Shown: piece by piece, positions 11,318 through 20,697 of the stretch | Numbering within the stretch: the first letter of the stretch is position 1 | Layout of the letters: every line of letters begins with the position of its first letter | Source: a virus | Reading direction: 5' to 3' (one strand) | Virus record (IMG/VR): IMGVR_UViG_3300042945_001689 | Coordinates: 32,001-96,000 of that record | Length of the DNA: 64,000 nt | Program-made: the position numbers and the translations under genes | Notes under the pieces: model-generated | Told to the model about the DNA's origin: nothing | The model's input: the letters and a program-made list of their open reading frames with translations, nothing else | Databases searched by the model: none

Positions 11318-11433
11318 AAGTATAAATCTCCTAATTAAATTGAATTTGAATAATAACTAATTGTAGCAGAGTTTTTATTTTCTACAAACTCTACATCTTT
11401 AGATTAGGTAGAGTTTTTAATATATAAAAACTA

Positions 11434-12165
11434 CTACTTGTATGTTCTTTGTTCCCAAATTTTATTTTTATATACTCCACCATTTGGTTTTCTGTATATT
11501 TTACTATTTGCAATATTTTTATAAACTATAACATTTGAATTAATTATATTGAATTCACTTTCCCAATTATCCCTTTTAAATGGAATCATTTGAACTATTG
11601 GAGTACCTTTTGGTAATATTCCAGAAAATTCTTTATTTATAAAAAATGGCATGCTTCCTGGCAACAAGACCTTATCATTATCTACAATTCCAGAAACTGT
11701 ATAAAAAGGCAACTCAAACCTATTTAAAGGATGTGTATACAATACGCTATAACCCTCTGGAACTTGAATTCCCCAATCTGCAAACCAAGCAAAATGATCA
11801 TCTCTATATCCATGTGGTGTAACAAAACCATCCATTTTGCTTCTTGGTGTACAAAAATCTTTATATTTTAAGTCTTCTATTTCAACACTTAATCCATTTT
11901 CACTTTGTATAAAATTAATATCACACGGTGTTAAATATGTGTATCCAGATCCCATTACGTCAAAAACTGCTGGACAGGCCTTCCAAGTTGGCATTTTGCC
12001 ACCATCTTGCCCAATATAAAAATCATTATTTTGTGGATTTTTAATAAATCTATCCATTTTTCGATACCACTCTGGAATAGTTTTAAGTATAGATGTTGGC
12101 TTAAATAGACTGTCTTGGTTTAACCATGGTCTATTATTAGTAAAAATTATTTTTTTAATGTCCAT
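11434..12165 (-). CDS. Conserved phage hypothetical protein, distantly similar to the DUF6065-like neighbour
   Basis: IPEWY..., KACPAVFD..GSGY, GIVDND, LPKGTPIVQMIPFKR. Confidence 0.6.
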   Translation of the reverse strand: MDIKKIIFTNNRPWLNQDSLFKPTSILKTIPEWYRKMDRFIKNPQNNDFYIGQDGGKMPTWKACPAVFDVMGSGYTYLTPCDINFIQSENGLSVEIEDLKYKDFCTPRSKMDGFVTPHGYRDDHFAWFADWGIQVPEGYSVLYTHPLNRFELPFYTVSGIVDNDKVLLPGSMPFFINKEFSGILPKGTPIVQMIPFKRDNWESEFNIINSNVIVYKNIANSKIYRKPNGGVYKNKIWEQRTYK

Positions 12166-12881
12166 TATTTTTTTCTTTTATCATTTGTTTTTAATCTAAT
12201 TGTTTTTAATTCATGCTTTCCTACAGGAATATCTGATTCGTCTGTAGCATTTCTGTAAAAGTGTGTCCACTCACCAACTCTATTTTTTAATTGAGACACC
12301 TCTCCATATTTTTTATTTTTAATTTCATCTTCTTTAGAAAAAACATAATCATTAATATCTAATTCATATTGGTTTATGTTTTGTAAAGATATTGGAACAA
12401 TAGCAGCAATAGGAGTTTTTGCTGGAATTGTTATAACAACATTTGGTTTTGTAACTTTGGCTGCTAGTGGCAATGGATATCTAAAAAAAGAAGTAGAAAT
12501 AAGTGTTGTGTATAAATGAATTCCATCAATAAATAGATTTGGAACTGGCATTGTTAACAAAGTTGTATTTTCATCAGTAATAAATTTAGTAAATGTATCA
12601 AAACTTAGCGTTGCACTTCTTCTATTTTCATTGACATATTTGTTACCAGATAGGATAGTTATATGACCATCCTCTTTATCTGTATCAATTCCGTCCCAAA
12701 TAAAACTAATATCTTCATCAAAACTAATTCCCCAACCTAATGTATTTGAAATTGATAACGGAAAACAATGATATGCGTGTGCATTTGACACATTGTCCAT
12801 CCAATCTCTTTTAGCAGAAATTTGAGAGATGTTTACACCAGAATTTGGCATCATGTATGCATTAAAAACTTTATTAGTCAT
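12165..12881 (-). CDS. DUF6065-like protein (copy 1)
   Basis: KRDWMD...HAYHCFPLSISNTLGW motif; paralog of 24106-24825; start taken at MTNKVF. Confidence 0.6.
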   Translation of the reverse strand: MTNKVFNAYMMPNSGVNISQISAKRDWMDNVSNAHAYHCFPLSISNTLGWGISFDEDISFIWDGIDTDKEDGHITILSGNKYVNENRRSATLSFDTFTKFITDENTTLLTMPVPNLFIDGIHLYTTLISTSFFRYPLPLAAKVTKPNVVITIPAKTPIAAIVPISLQNINQYELDINDYVFSKEDEIKNKKYGEVSQLKNRVGEWTHFYRNATDESDIPVGKHELKTIRLKTNDKRKK

Positions 12882-13554
12882 TTGTTTCTTCATGAAGGTC
12901 TGGCCTATGATATTTTGCGCTATAATCAAGCATTGTTACTAACGAATATTTTGTTCCAGATACCACTGGCATTGCTGTATGAGGATACATATAGTTTGAT
13001 GGAAAAATATATAAATCACCTGCCTGTGGTTTAACTTTTATTCCTTGTAGTCTAAAATCCAACTCTCCACCTTCGTAATCATCATTTAAATATCCTACTA
13101 AAGAAACTACACAGTTATATGTAGGACCTTGATCATGATGCTCTTGAAAATGTTGTCCTGGACCATATTTTATAAAATTAAATGATTCCCAGTATCTTAG
13201 TTCTCCAACACGAAAAAAATGAGAGTAGTCTTTAACTGCTGGAAGTTGTAAGTCATAACAGTCCTGCCAGACTTCTTGCAGCAAAACTGATTGAACGCTT
13301 TTATCATTCAGTAAATTTTCTTTTCTATATTTAAAATCAACACAGTCTCTATATTCTGGAATTTTTTGGGCATATCCAACTAAAGCCTCTCTCCAAAAAT
13401 AATTTGGATTTTTGCCTGTTAGACTATTTTCTAGTCTACTAATTATTTTCATGTCTTTTTTAAATACATTTCTATAAACTGCTATTCCATCTGCAAGTAA
13501 TTCTTTACTATCCCAAGTTGGATTTTCAACAACATTTGGTTCAAAATTAATCAT
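12874..13554 (-). CDS. 2OG-Fe(II) oxygenase, prolyl 4-hydroxylase-like
   Basis: HHD...YLNDDYEGGEL...FPSNYMYPH...GTKYS. Confidence 0.88.
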   Translation of the reverse strand: MINFEPNVVENPTWDSKELLADGIAVYRNVFKKDMKIISRLENSLTGKNPNYFWREALVGYAQKIPEYRDCVDFKYRKENLLNDKSVQSVLLQEVWQDCYDLQLPAVKDYSHFFRVGELRYWESFNFIKYGPGQHFQEHHDQGPTYNCVVSLVGYLNDDYEGGELDFRLQGIKVKPQAGDLYIFPSNYMYPHTAMPVVSGTKYSLVTMLDYSAKYHRPDLHEETND

Positions 13555-14285
13555 TGTTGCCTTTCTGTGTAAGTATACTTATGTCCCAATTCATTAATAT
13601 CTGTCATAATAACAATACAATATTTTGTTCCATTAACCATGTCCATTGACGCATGCTCATAAATATAATTAGATGGAAAAATTGCTATATCACCAAACTT
13701 TGGTTTATAAACTAAGTTGTCTAGCCTTGGAAAAAATAATTCTCCGCCTTCATAATCATCATTTAAATAAATTACAACAGAAACTGTTGTATTATATGCT
13801 GGACCGTGATCTGCATGAATTCTAAATTGCTGTCCTACACCTTCATACTTTACAAAATTAAATGCTTCATAATAGACCACATTAATTCCCCAATAACGAG
13901 CATAGTCATCAACACATAATTTTAAAGTATTGTAAATTTCTTCATACATATCAATTAATTCAGCATTTTGCTCATCTCTTGCTCCCAGAGAATAAGGATT
14001 ATACTTAAAATCAGAGCAGTTTCTAGCATACTTTATTGGTTGATCTGAGTTTGTAACTTTTGCTTCATTCCACTTATACCTTGTTTGTCCATTTAAATTA
14101 TTTTCTAATATACTTAAATATTTTTCACAATTTTCTTTTGAAATTGCATTATTATAGATATTTAAACCTAATCCTGGATTGCTTACTTTAATATTATTAA
14201 AAGTTTTGTCTGGCATTCTAAAAGATGCAGATTCTGACCTATCTTTTGTAAACCAAGGATTTTGTGATTCATTTACTTCAATCAT
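13551..14285 (-). CDS. 2OG-Fe(II) oxygenase, prolyl 4-hydroxylase-like
   Basis: HAD...YLNDDYEGGEL...FPSNYIYEH...GTKY. Confidence 0.88.
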   Translation of the reverse strand: MIEVNESQNPWFTKDRSESASFRMPDKTFNNIKVSNPGLGLNIYNNAISKENCEKYLSILENNLNGQTRYKWNEAKVTNSDQPIKYARNCSDFKYNPYSLGARDEQNAELIDMYEEIYNTLKLCVDDYARYWGINVVYYEAFNFVKYEGVGQQFRIHADHGPAYNTTVSVVIYLNDDYEGGELFFPRLDNLVYKPKFGDIAIFPSNYIYEHASMDMVNGTKYCIVIMTDINELGHKYTYTERQQ

Positions 14286-14290
14286 TAGCG

Positions 14291-14336
14291 AGTCTCCTTT
14301 ATTTAATTATAGCATAAGAATTATTTAAAGGAGACT
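14291..14336 (-). promoter_or_regulatory. Internal extended -10 promoter inside an anti-Shine-Dalgarno hairpin
   Basis: 11 bp inverted repeat AGTCTCCTTTA / TAAAGGAGACT enclosing TGCTATAAT; downstream arm is the RBS of the gene starting at 14285. Confidence 0.65.
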
Positions 14337-14343
14337 GCGCTTT

Positions 14344-15648
14344 TTATTCAATACTTTGATCTCTTGTGTCATATACTAACATATTTTCTGTAAAGAAGTT
14401 GTCGTATGGTTCACAGTTAATCGAATATACTGTTTCTTCATAATTTAGAACGTCTAATGAATCAATATTGACAAACCCTAACTCTTCATATGAATATACC
14501 ATATATGTGTCATCAATTGAATCAATTCTTAAGAATTTTGAAACATTATCTTTTTTAGTTAAAATATAATGCGTTTCAGAATATGCATCGCCGTTAAGAA
14601 GATATACTTTATCTACTTGCTTTGATGATACTGCATAAACTGTAGTTTCTCTTAAATTGGTTTCATTTAGGATTAAGTCTTCTGCTGTCCAATTTAACCA
14701 ATCAGCGTTATGTGCTGAGGCTTGTTCTGGAAGTTCCATAGCAATTAAAACATCTCCTACAACTATGTCTTTGGCTTCTTTTCTGCCATTGGTAGTCATG
14801 ATGCCTGTATTGCTGGCAATGGAATACTCTGAGAATCCAAACCCTGGGAAAAATGGTCCGAATGGTGGTGGGAATGGTGGTGGGAATGGTGGTGGGAATG
14901 GTGGTGGGAATGGTGGTGGGAATGGTGGTGGTGCGAAACTTGGGAAGAACGGAAAGAACGGGAAGAATGGGAAAAATGGGAAGAATGGGAAGAATGGTGA
15001 AAGTGTAGTAACGCTAGAAGTTGTTGCTCCTAATGATGCTCCATTAGCATTTGTTGCAGTAACAGTGTAAGTCTGTGAAGTTCCTGCTGTATCAGCAATA
15101 GTTGATGATGTTGCTGATGATGCTAAATCTCCAGAAGAAGTTCCGTCAGAACCAGTAACGTTATGCTTAGATAAAGCCTTTCCACCAGTGGCACCAATTG
15201 TCCAACTGATTGTGTTTTGGTTAACACCAGCACTGGCGACCGCACCTTGAGGCGCTTGTGGAACTGTTGTTGCAGTTACTGAAGAAGAAGTTGTTCCGCT
15301 TGCAGTTCCTGCAGCGTTTGTTCCTTTTACTGTAAATGTGTATGAAGTATTTGATGCTAATCCCTGAAAAGTATAAGAAGGAGTGGAAGAGCCAGTATTT
15401 ACTTCGTAAGTTGAGGGGGTTGTTGTAATGATATAAGCAGTTGCTGCTGGAGATCCCGCTGGCAATGTCCAAGTAAGGCTTACTGCTCCACCTGTGCCTG
15501 CTGCAGATGCTGCTGAAGTAGTATTAGCAGTAGCAAGATAAGGACGAGATGTTCCTACATCTGTACCACTTAAGGAAGTAACATTATCTGGTTGCAAAAA
15601 GTTGTCTTGTGCTGAAGACTTGATACCTCTTTTTTTACTAACTGCCAT
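14344..15648 (-). CDS. FN3 domain(s) + (PFF)n(PPPF)n linker + C-terminal Hint-like domain protein (copy 1)
   Basis: FN3 signature (LTW...YTFQGL...YTFTVKGTNAAG); Pro/Phe repeats; Hint blocks SIASNT..TTNG.K...IVVGD, SETH, VYSINCE..NFFTENMLVYD. Confidence 0.8.
   Translation of the reverse strand: MAVSKKRGIKSSAQDNFLQPDNVTSLSGTDVGTSRPYLATANTTSAASAAGTGGAVSLTWTLPAGSPAATAYIITTTPSTYEVNTGSSTPSYTFQGLASNTSYTFTVKGTNAAGTASGTTSSSVTATTVPQAPQGAVASAGVNQNTISWTIGATGGKALSKHNVTGSDGTSSGDLASSATSSTIADTAGTSQTYTVTATNANGASLGATTSSVTTLSPFFPFFPFFPFFPFFPFFPSFAPPPFPPPFPPPFPPPFPPPFPPPFGPFFPGFGFSEYSIASNTGIMTTNGRKEAKDIVVGDVLIAMELPEQASAHNADWLNWTAEDLILNETNLRETTVYAVSSKQVDKVYLLNGDAYSETHYILTKKDNVSKFLRIDSIDDTYMVYSYEELGFVNIDSLDVLNYEETVYSINCEPYDNFFTENMLVYDTRDQSIE
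14852..14998 (-). repeat. Coding tandem repeats: 12 bp (CCACCACCATTC) x6 and 9 bp PFF-coding units x6-7
   Basis: Directly visible as GAATGGTGGTGG and GGGAAGAAY arrays on the plus strand. Confidence 0.95.
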
Positions 15649-15679
15649 TTTTACTCCTCTTTTCTATTATATCAAACTA

Positions 15680-17623
15680 TTATGCTTTTAAATCTCCCAT
15701 TACAACCCAAAGATTTGCTGCTCTCTTAAATAATGTTGCTGATGACCATTGTGCACGAAGTTTTAATCCAGGAGTTGCATTTACTGTTGTTGTTCCTGGT
15801 GTTACTGCTTCAATTGTCACTTCGCCAGTATTTGTTCGAAGAATATCAATTGATGTTCCGACTGGATAATTAAGTGTAGCATCTGTTGGGATTAAAACCT
15901 TAACTGCAGTTCCACCTGTATGTGAAACTTCAATTAATGAGTCTCTTTCATTTGCTGCTGAAAGGGTGTATTCTGCTGTCTTCTGAATAATTGATGTCCG
16001 TGATGGAACACCTTCTTTTGTTTGTGTACCGTCGGTAAAAATAAATCCACCAGCAGTTGTACTAATAACTGAAGTTCCGTTTACTTTAAGATCTTTTCCT
16101 GAAGCAAGGTTGATATGCTCGGAAGATGTCCAAGAATCTGTAGAATCTACCCAGTTAAAGGTTTTGTCTGTTGCGCCTTTAAGTGTAATACCTCCGCCAT
16201 CTGCAGTTGTATCAGTAGGAGTTCCTGTATCTCCAAGAACAATGTTTTTGTCTTCAATAACAAGGTTAGTTGAGTTAAGGTTTGTTGTAGTTCCATTAAT
16301 CGTTAAGTTTCCAGAAAGAGTTAAGTCTGTTCCAGAAACGGCTCCTGTAAATGTTGCTCCAGTAAGAGAAGCCTTAGCGTCTAACTGTGTTTGAATGGCT
16401 GAAGTTACCCCATCAACGTAGTTAAGTTCTGTAGTTGATGTGGTTACACCATCAAGAATGTTAAGTTCTGCTGCTGTAGAAGTAATAGAACTTCCAGCAA
16501 TCTGTAAAGTTGTGGCGTTTACTTCGCCTGCAGAGCCATAAATAACTGCTTTGCTATTTGCAATAGTTCCTGCTGATGATCCATCTACTAAGTTAAGTTC
16601 TGCTGCTGTAGAAGTAATAGAAGTGCCAGCAATTTGTAAAGTTGTAGCATTTACTTGGCCTGCTGGACCATAAATTACTGCCTTGCTATCTACAATTGTT
16701 CCAGCAATAGATCCATCTATTAAATTAACTTCTGATGCTGTTGCAGTGACATCTGTTGCACCTGCTGAAAGAACATGTGTATGACCTGTTCCTGCTTTTC
16801 CATCAATCTGTCCTTGAATTCCAGCAGAAACTCCTTCTAGGTACCCTATTTCTGTTGAAGATAGATCTCCAATTGATGTGGTACTTGGAAGAGTTACTGT
16901 TCCAGTAAATGTAGGACCTGCTAGTGCTGCTTTAGCATCTAACTGAGTTTGAATTGCTGAGGTTACACCATTAAGATAACTAATTTCAGTATTTGATACA
17001 TCTGCAACAACTGCTTGCTTATTGTCTAATTGTGTTTGAATTGCTGAAGTAACACCAGCAAGATATCCTAATTCTGTTGATGTTGCACCAGTTGCACTAA
17101 GGTTTCCTGTTGTAACAACAGTTCCGCTTACGTTTGGAAATGTAATAGTTCTATCGGCTGTAGGATCTGTTACTGTTAAAGTGGTTTCATAATCGTTTGC
17201 TGTAGTACCTTCAAAAACAATTCCTGTTGTAGCATTAATTGTTGTGCTGTTAATAGTAGTGGTTGTACCACTTACTGTTAAATCTCCTGAAACGGTAACG
17301 TTTCCACTACCATCGGACAAAACAACTGTGCCTGTTGCATCTGGAAATGTAATTGTACGGTCTGCTGTAGGATCTGTTACGGCAAGAGTTGTTTCAAATG
17401 CGTTGTCTGTAGCACCTTCAAATGTAATGCTTGAACCAAATGATGGGTTTACTGTAGAGGATTGGTCAATAAAGTAGTCAATATTTGCCCAGTGGTTAGT
17501 GCCATCACCGATCTTAAACTTATTAGTGTCTGATTCCCATCCGATTTCACCAGCATTTAGTATTGGGTTTGCTGATGTCCATTGTGCTGCAGTACCTCTG
17601 CGTTGCTGCATTCTTGTTGCCAT
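15680..17623 (-). CDS. Tail/head fibre-like protein
   Basis: N-terminal QQRRGTAAQW..NPIL..GEIG.E.DT.KFKIGDG (Mtd_N-like); internal GVTSAIQTQLD repeats; T/G/A-rich. Confidence 0.75.
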   Translation of the reverse strand: MATRMQQRRGTAAQWTSANPILNAGEIGWESDTNKFKIGDGTNHWANIDYFIDQSSTVNPSFGSSITFEGATDNAFETTLAVTDPTADRTITFPDATGTVVLSDGSGNVTVSGDLTVSGTTTTINSTTINATTGIVFEGTTANDYETTLTVTDPTADRTITFPNVSGTVVTTGNLSATGATSTELGYLAGVTSAIQTQLDNKQAVVADVSNTEISYLNGVTSAIQTQLDAKAALAGPTFTGTVTLPSTTSIGDLSSTEIGYLEGVSAGIQGQIDGKAGTGHTHVLSAGATDVTATASEVNLIDGSIAGTIVDSKAVIYGPAGQVNATTLQIAGTSITSTAAELNLVDGSSAGTIANSKAVIYGSAGEVNATTLQIAGSSITSTAAELNILDGVTTSTTELNYVDGVTSAIQTQLDAKASLTGATFTGAVSGTDLTLSGNLTINGTTTNLNSTNLVIEDKNIVLGDTGTPTDTTADGGGITLKGATDKTFNWVDSTDSWTSSEHINLASGKDLKVNGTSVISTTAGGFIFTDGTQTKEGVPSRTSIIQKTAEYTLSAANERDSLIEVSHTGGTAVKVLIPTDATLNYPVGTSIDILRTNTGEVTIEAVTPGTTTVNATPGLKLRAQWSSATLFKRAANLWVVMGDLKA

Positions 17624-17671
17624 ATTATTTTCCTCCTACAGAAAATTTCTTATTTTTATTATAACAGATAA

Positions 17672-18130
17672 TTAATTAAAGTTATCTGTTGCAACTCCTC
17701 CATCATAGGTATTTTCCCATGATGAAGTGCTATAGTCTCCTGCGCTTACTAGAACACCTGGTTCATTATAAGCACCTCCAGAAACAAATGTACTTACAAT
17801 AAGACCAGATCCATCAATTGCGGTATTGTGAATGTGGTCTTGTAATACTTCTGCATCTTCAAGAGTTGCAATTGCTACCCATTGAGATCCATAATAAACA
17901 TGAACTCTTTCTGTTAATGTGTCAAACCAAAGATTTCCATTTGATGGAGAATTTGGTGCTGTTCCGCTAACAGTTACTCCTGCACTACCCGCAACACTAT
18001 CAACATATGCTTTTGTTGCTGCATGTGTATTTTGAGTTGGAGTGGCAACTGTAACCGTTGATCCGAAAGTACCGCCATCGGCTACGACTAAGCCATGTTT
18101 TACCTTAAAATCTCTGTTTACAGTTGCCAT
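17672..18130 (-). CDS. Small fibre-associated structural protein
   Basis: AATKAYVD and PSNGNLWFDT fibre motifs; N-terminus shared with 18143-19969. Confidence 0.6.
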   Translation of the reverse strand: MATVNRDFKVKHGLVVADGGTFGSTVTVATPTQNTHAATKAYVDSVAGSAGVTVSGTAPNSPSNGNLWFDTLTERVHVYYGSQWVAIATLEDAEVLQDHIHNTAIDGSGLIVSTFVSGGAYNEPGVLVSAGDYSTSSWENTYDGGVATDNFN

Positions 18131-18142
18131 TTAATCTCCTTT

Positions 18143-19969
18143 TTATGCCTCTATGTATGTCTTTGAAACCTTAACAGAAGTATCTGCTGCTGCTGCAGTA
18201 ACTTGAAGAAGAACATTTCCACCGCTATAAACAGCATTTGTTGTTCCAAGTTCTGTATTGCTTATAACATTAGCATACTCTGTTACATAAACATTATTGT
18301 CACCATCTATAGCAACAAGCATTTCAATTACTTCAATGTTGCCAGACTTTTTCATCTGAATAACATACTTAGCAGCAGAATATGTTGTTGCTGAGAATGT
18401 ATCAATTGTTGTTGCTGAAGTGCCAGCAGTTGCTGTTGCAGATCCAACAAGAGCATCTGGTAGAGCAAGGCTAGTACCTGTTGCTGCTCCAAGTTCTGGA
18501 GTTACAAGAGTTGGTGTATTAGCAAATACCAGTGCACCAGTTCCTGTTTCATCAGTTACTGCTGAAGCAAGGTTTGCTGAAGAAGGGGTTCCCAAAAATG
18601 TTGCAACACCTGCTGCCAAACCAGAAACATCATTTGCAATTCTTACTGTAAGTGTATTGTTTGCACCGCTGATTGTCTTGTTTGTAAGAGTTTCGGCTGC
18701 ATCTTTAAGTGATGTTCCATTAACCTTAAATTCTTTTCCTGAAGCAAGGTTTAAGTGTTCAGATGAGGTCCATGCATCAGTTGCATCTACCCATGAGAAA
18801 GTCTTGTCTGTAGCACCCTTAAGAGTAATACCACCACCATCAGCACCTGCATCTGTTGGAGATGTTACTGCACCAAGTGTAAGGTTCTTGTCATCAACTG
18901 TGATTTCTGTTGAGTTAATTGTAGTTGTTGTACCGTTAACTGTTAGGTCCCCTGAAAGAACCAAAGATGTACCAGTTGCTGCACCAATGTTTGGTGTTAC
19001 GAGTGTTGGTGTATTAGCAAAAACAAGTGCTCCAGTACCAGTCTCGTCTGAAATAATTCCAGCGAGTTCTGATGAAGATGTTGCTGCAAGTACGTTTAAC
19101 TTATCTGTTGTTACAACAAGAGTCTTTGTGTTTGGAATAGTTGTACCATTGATAGAATCAGCAGTAGCAACACCAAGTGCTGGAGTTGTAAGTGTTGGGC
19201 TTGTAAGTGTCTTATTTGTAAGTGTCTGTGTGTTAGTTGTTCCAACTACCGCACCAGTTGCACCATGTGCTTCTGTAAGGTTGCCATGAGTTGTAAGATC
19301 TGAAGAAGTAGCCTTAGCATCCAACTGAGTCTGGATTGCTGAAGTTACGCCATCTACGTAGTTAAGTTCTGTAGCGGTTGCAGTAAGTGATGTACCAGCA
19401 ATTTGTAGAGTTGTAGCATTTACTTCTCCTGCTGCTCCATAAATAACTGCCTTACCATTTGCAATAGTCCCTGCAGATGATCCATCTACTAAGTTGAGTT
19501 CAGAAGCACTTGCAGTCAAATCCGAAACATTTGCTACTTGAACTGTAACTGTGTTGTTTGTATAAGAAATTGTTTTGTTGCTTAATGTTTGTGTTGCATC
19601 ATTAAGTGTTACAGTGCCTGTAGCGTTTGGAAGTGTGATAGTACGATCTGCTGTTGGATCTGCTACTTCAAGAATTGTCTCATAGTCATCTGCTGTTGCA
19701 CCTTCAAATGAAATTGAAGAACCAAATACACCAACGGCTGCTGGGGCTGACCACTCAACTCCGTATGTTGCACTTGAATTTGCTGTGAGGACCTGTCCGT
19801 TTGTACCAATGGCTAAACGTGCTACTGCATCATCTGCACTACCAACAATTAAGTCACCCTTAGCATCTACGGTTCCTGCGGTAAGAACATTCTTACCATT
19901 AACGGTTGCTGTTGATCCTTCAACAACTAATCCCGATTTTACTCTAAAATCTTTATTTACTGTTGCCAT
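18143..19969 (-). CDS. Fibre-like structural protein
   Basis: Shares several sequence blocks with 15680-17623; DETGTGALVFANTPTLVTP repeats. Confidence 0.72.
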   Translation of the reverse strand: MATVNKDFRVKSGLVVEGSTATVNGKNVLTAGTVDAKGDLIVGSADDAVARLAIGTNGQVLTANSSATYGVEWSAPAAVGVFGSSISFEGATADDYETILEVADPTADRTITLPNATGTVTLNDATQTLSNKTISYTNNTVTVQVANVSDLTASASELNLVDGSSAGTIANGKAVIYGAAGEVNATTLQIAGTSLTATATELNYVDGVTSAIQTQLDAKATSSDLTTHGNLTEAHGATGAVVGTTNTQTLTNKTLTSPTLTTPALGVATADSINGTTIPNTKTLVVTTDKLNVLAATSSSELAGIISDETGTGALVFANTPTLVTPNIGAATGTSLVLSGDLTVNGTTTTINSTEITVDDKNLTLGAVTSPTDAGADGGGITLKGATDKTFSWVDATDAWTSSEHLNLASGKEFKVNGTSLKDAAETLTNKTISGANNTLTVRIANDVSGLAAGVATFLGTPSSANLASAVTDETGTGALVFANTPTLVTPELGAATGTSLALPDALVGSATATAGTSATTIDTFSATTYSAAKYVIQMKKSGNIEVIEMLVAIDGDNNVYVTEYANVISNTELGTTNAVYSGGNVLLQVTAAAADTSVKVSKTYIEA

Positions 19970-19982
19970 TTTTTATCTCCTT

Positions 19983-20429
19983 TTATGCCTTTAATCCTAT
20001 ACGTGCATAACGTACGGTTATAGGTGTTGTACCGACTACTGGAGTAACCGTTAAGGATACTGTATTTCCAGCGCGGGAGACGCTTATGGTGCCAATATTC
20101 CCATCGTTGTCTATAGTTCCATATTCACTAACGCTAACATCTGTACCGTCAATTAATATGTTAATCTCTGTGGCGTAATATTTATTAGCGCCTCCAGAAG
20201 TATGTTTGATTGAGATTAGGTATTTAACCATTCTCCATTCTGTTGCGTTAAAATTATCAACTACCGTAGAACTTTCAATTCCGTTAATTGTTGATTCATT
20301 ATTACCAGTAGTTCCTAAGTCTGTGGCTTGGGCTGATGTTGAGTCAATTAAATCTTCATAATCTTGCTGAGTAGGACGATCTCCTGTTTGAAACAAGGCC
20401 TTGACTGATGCTAATGATATTTTTGCCAT
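19983..20429 (-). CDS. Structural protein, fibre-associated
   Basis: FQTGDRPTQQDYEDLIDS N-terminus; C-terminal domain similar to that of 18143-19969. Confidence 0.55.
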   Translation of the reverse strand: MAKISLASVKALFQTGDRPTQQDYEDLIDSTSAQATDLGTTGNNESTINGIESSTVVDNFNATEWRMVKYLISIKHTSGGANKYYATEINILIDGTDVSVSEYGTIDNDGNIGTISVSRAGNTVSLTVTPVVGTTPITVRYARIGLKA

Positions 20430-20469
20430 ACCTAGATTATAACATAATTATTTTAATAGTTTTATAATT

Positions 20470-20697
20470 TTATAAAATATAGTTGCTTACACCAATCATT
20501 TGTAAGGGAATTGGTGGCGCATTATTAGCGTTAAAGGCTATAATATCTATATCAGTTATTCTTACTCTAAATGGTAAAAATTCATTTATTGTTATCCCTC
20601 TGTCAATCTTTTCTTCAATAGAAACTTTAGGAAATGTGTGTTGATCAATTGATTTTAATATTGTTGTTTGTTTATCAAATATTGCAACAGAAGCCAT
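20470..20697 (-). CDS. Hypothetical protein
   Basis: 75 aa ORF coupled to upstream gene. Confidence 0.6.
   Translation of the reverse strand: MASVAIFDKQTTILKSIDQHTFPKVSIEEKIDRGITINEFLPFRVRITDIDIIAFNANNAPPIPLQMIGVSNYIL

Noticed and set aside
11380-11420. NrdR box upstream of nrdJ
   Set aside because: Poor match; better explained as an AAACTCTAC/GTAGAGTTT hairpin ending the upstream operon.
14657-15070. ORF with GGGN/GKN repeats
   Set aside because: Reverse-complement reading of the PPPF/PFF repeat.
15680-17623. Diversity-generating retroelement target (Mtd-like N-terminus)
   Set aside because: No reverse transcriptase in the window and no template/variable repeat pair differing at adenines was seen.
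18420-19289. 289 aa plus-strand ORF
   Set aside because: Antisense shadow of the T/A/G-rich fibre gene; no RBS and a V/P/A/S composition typical of reverse-frame translation.
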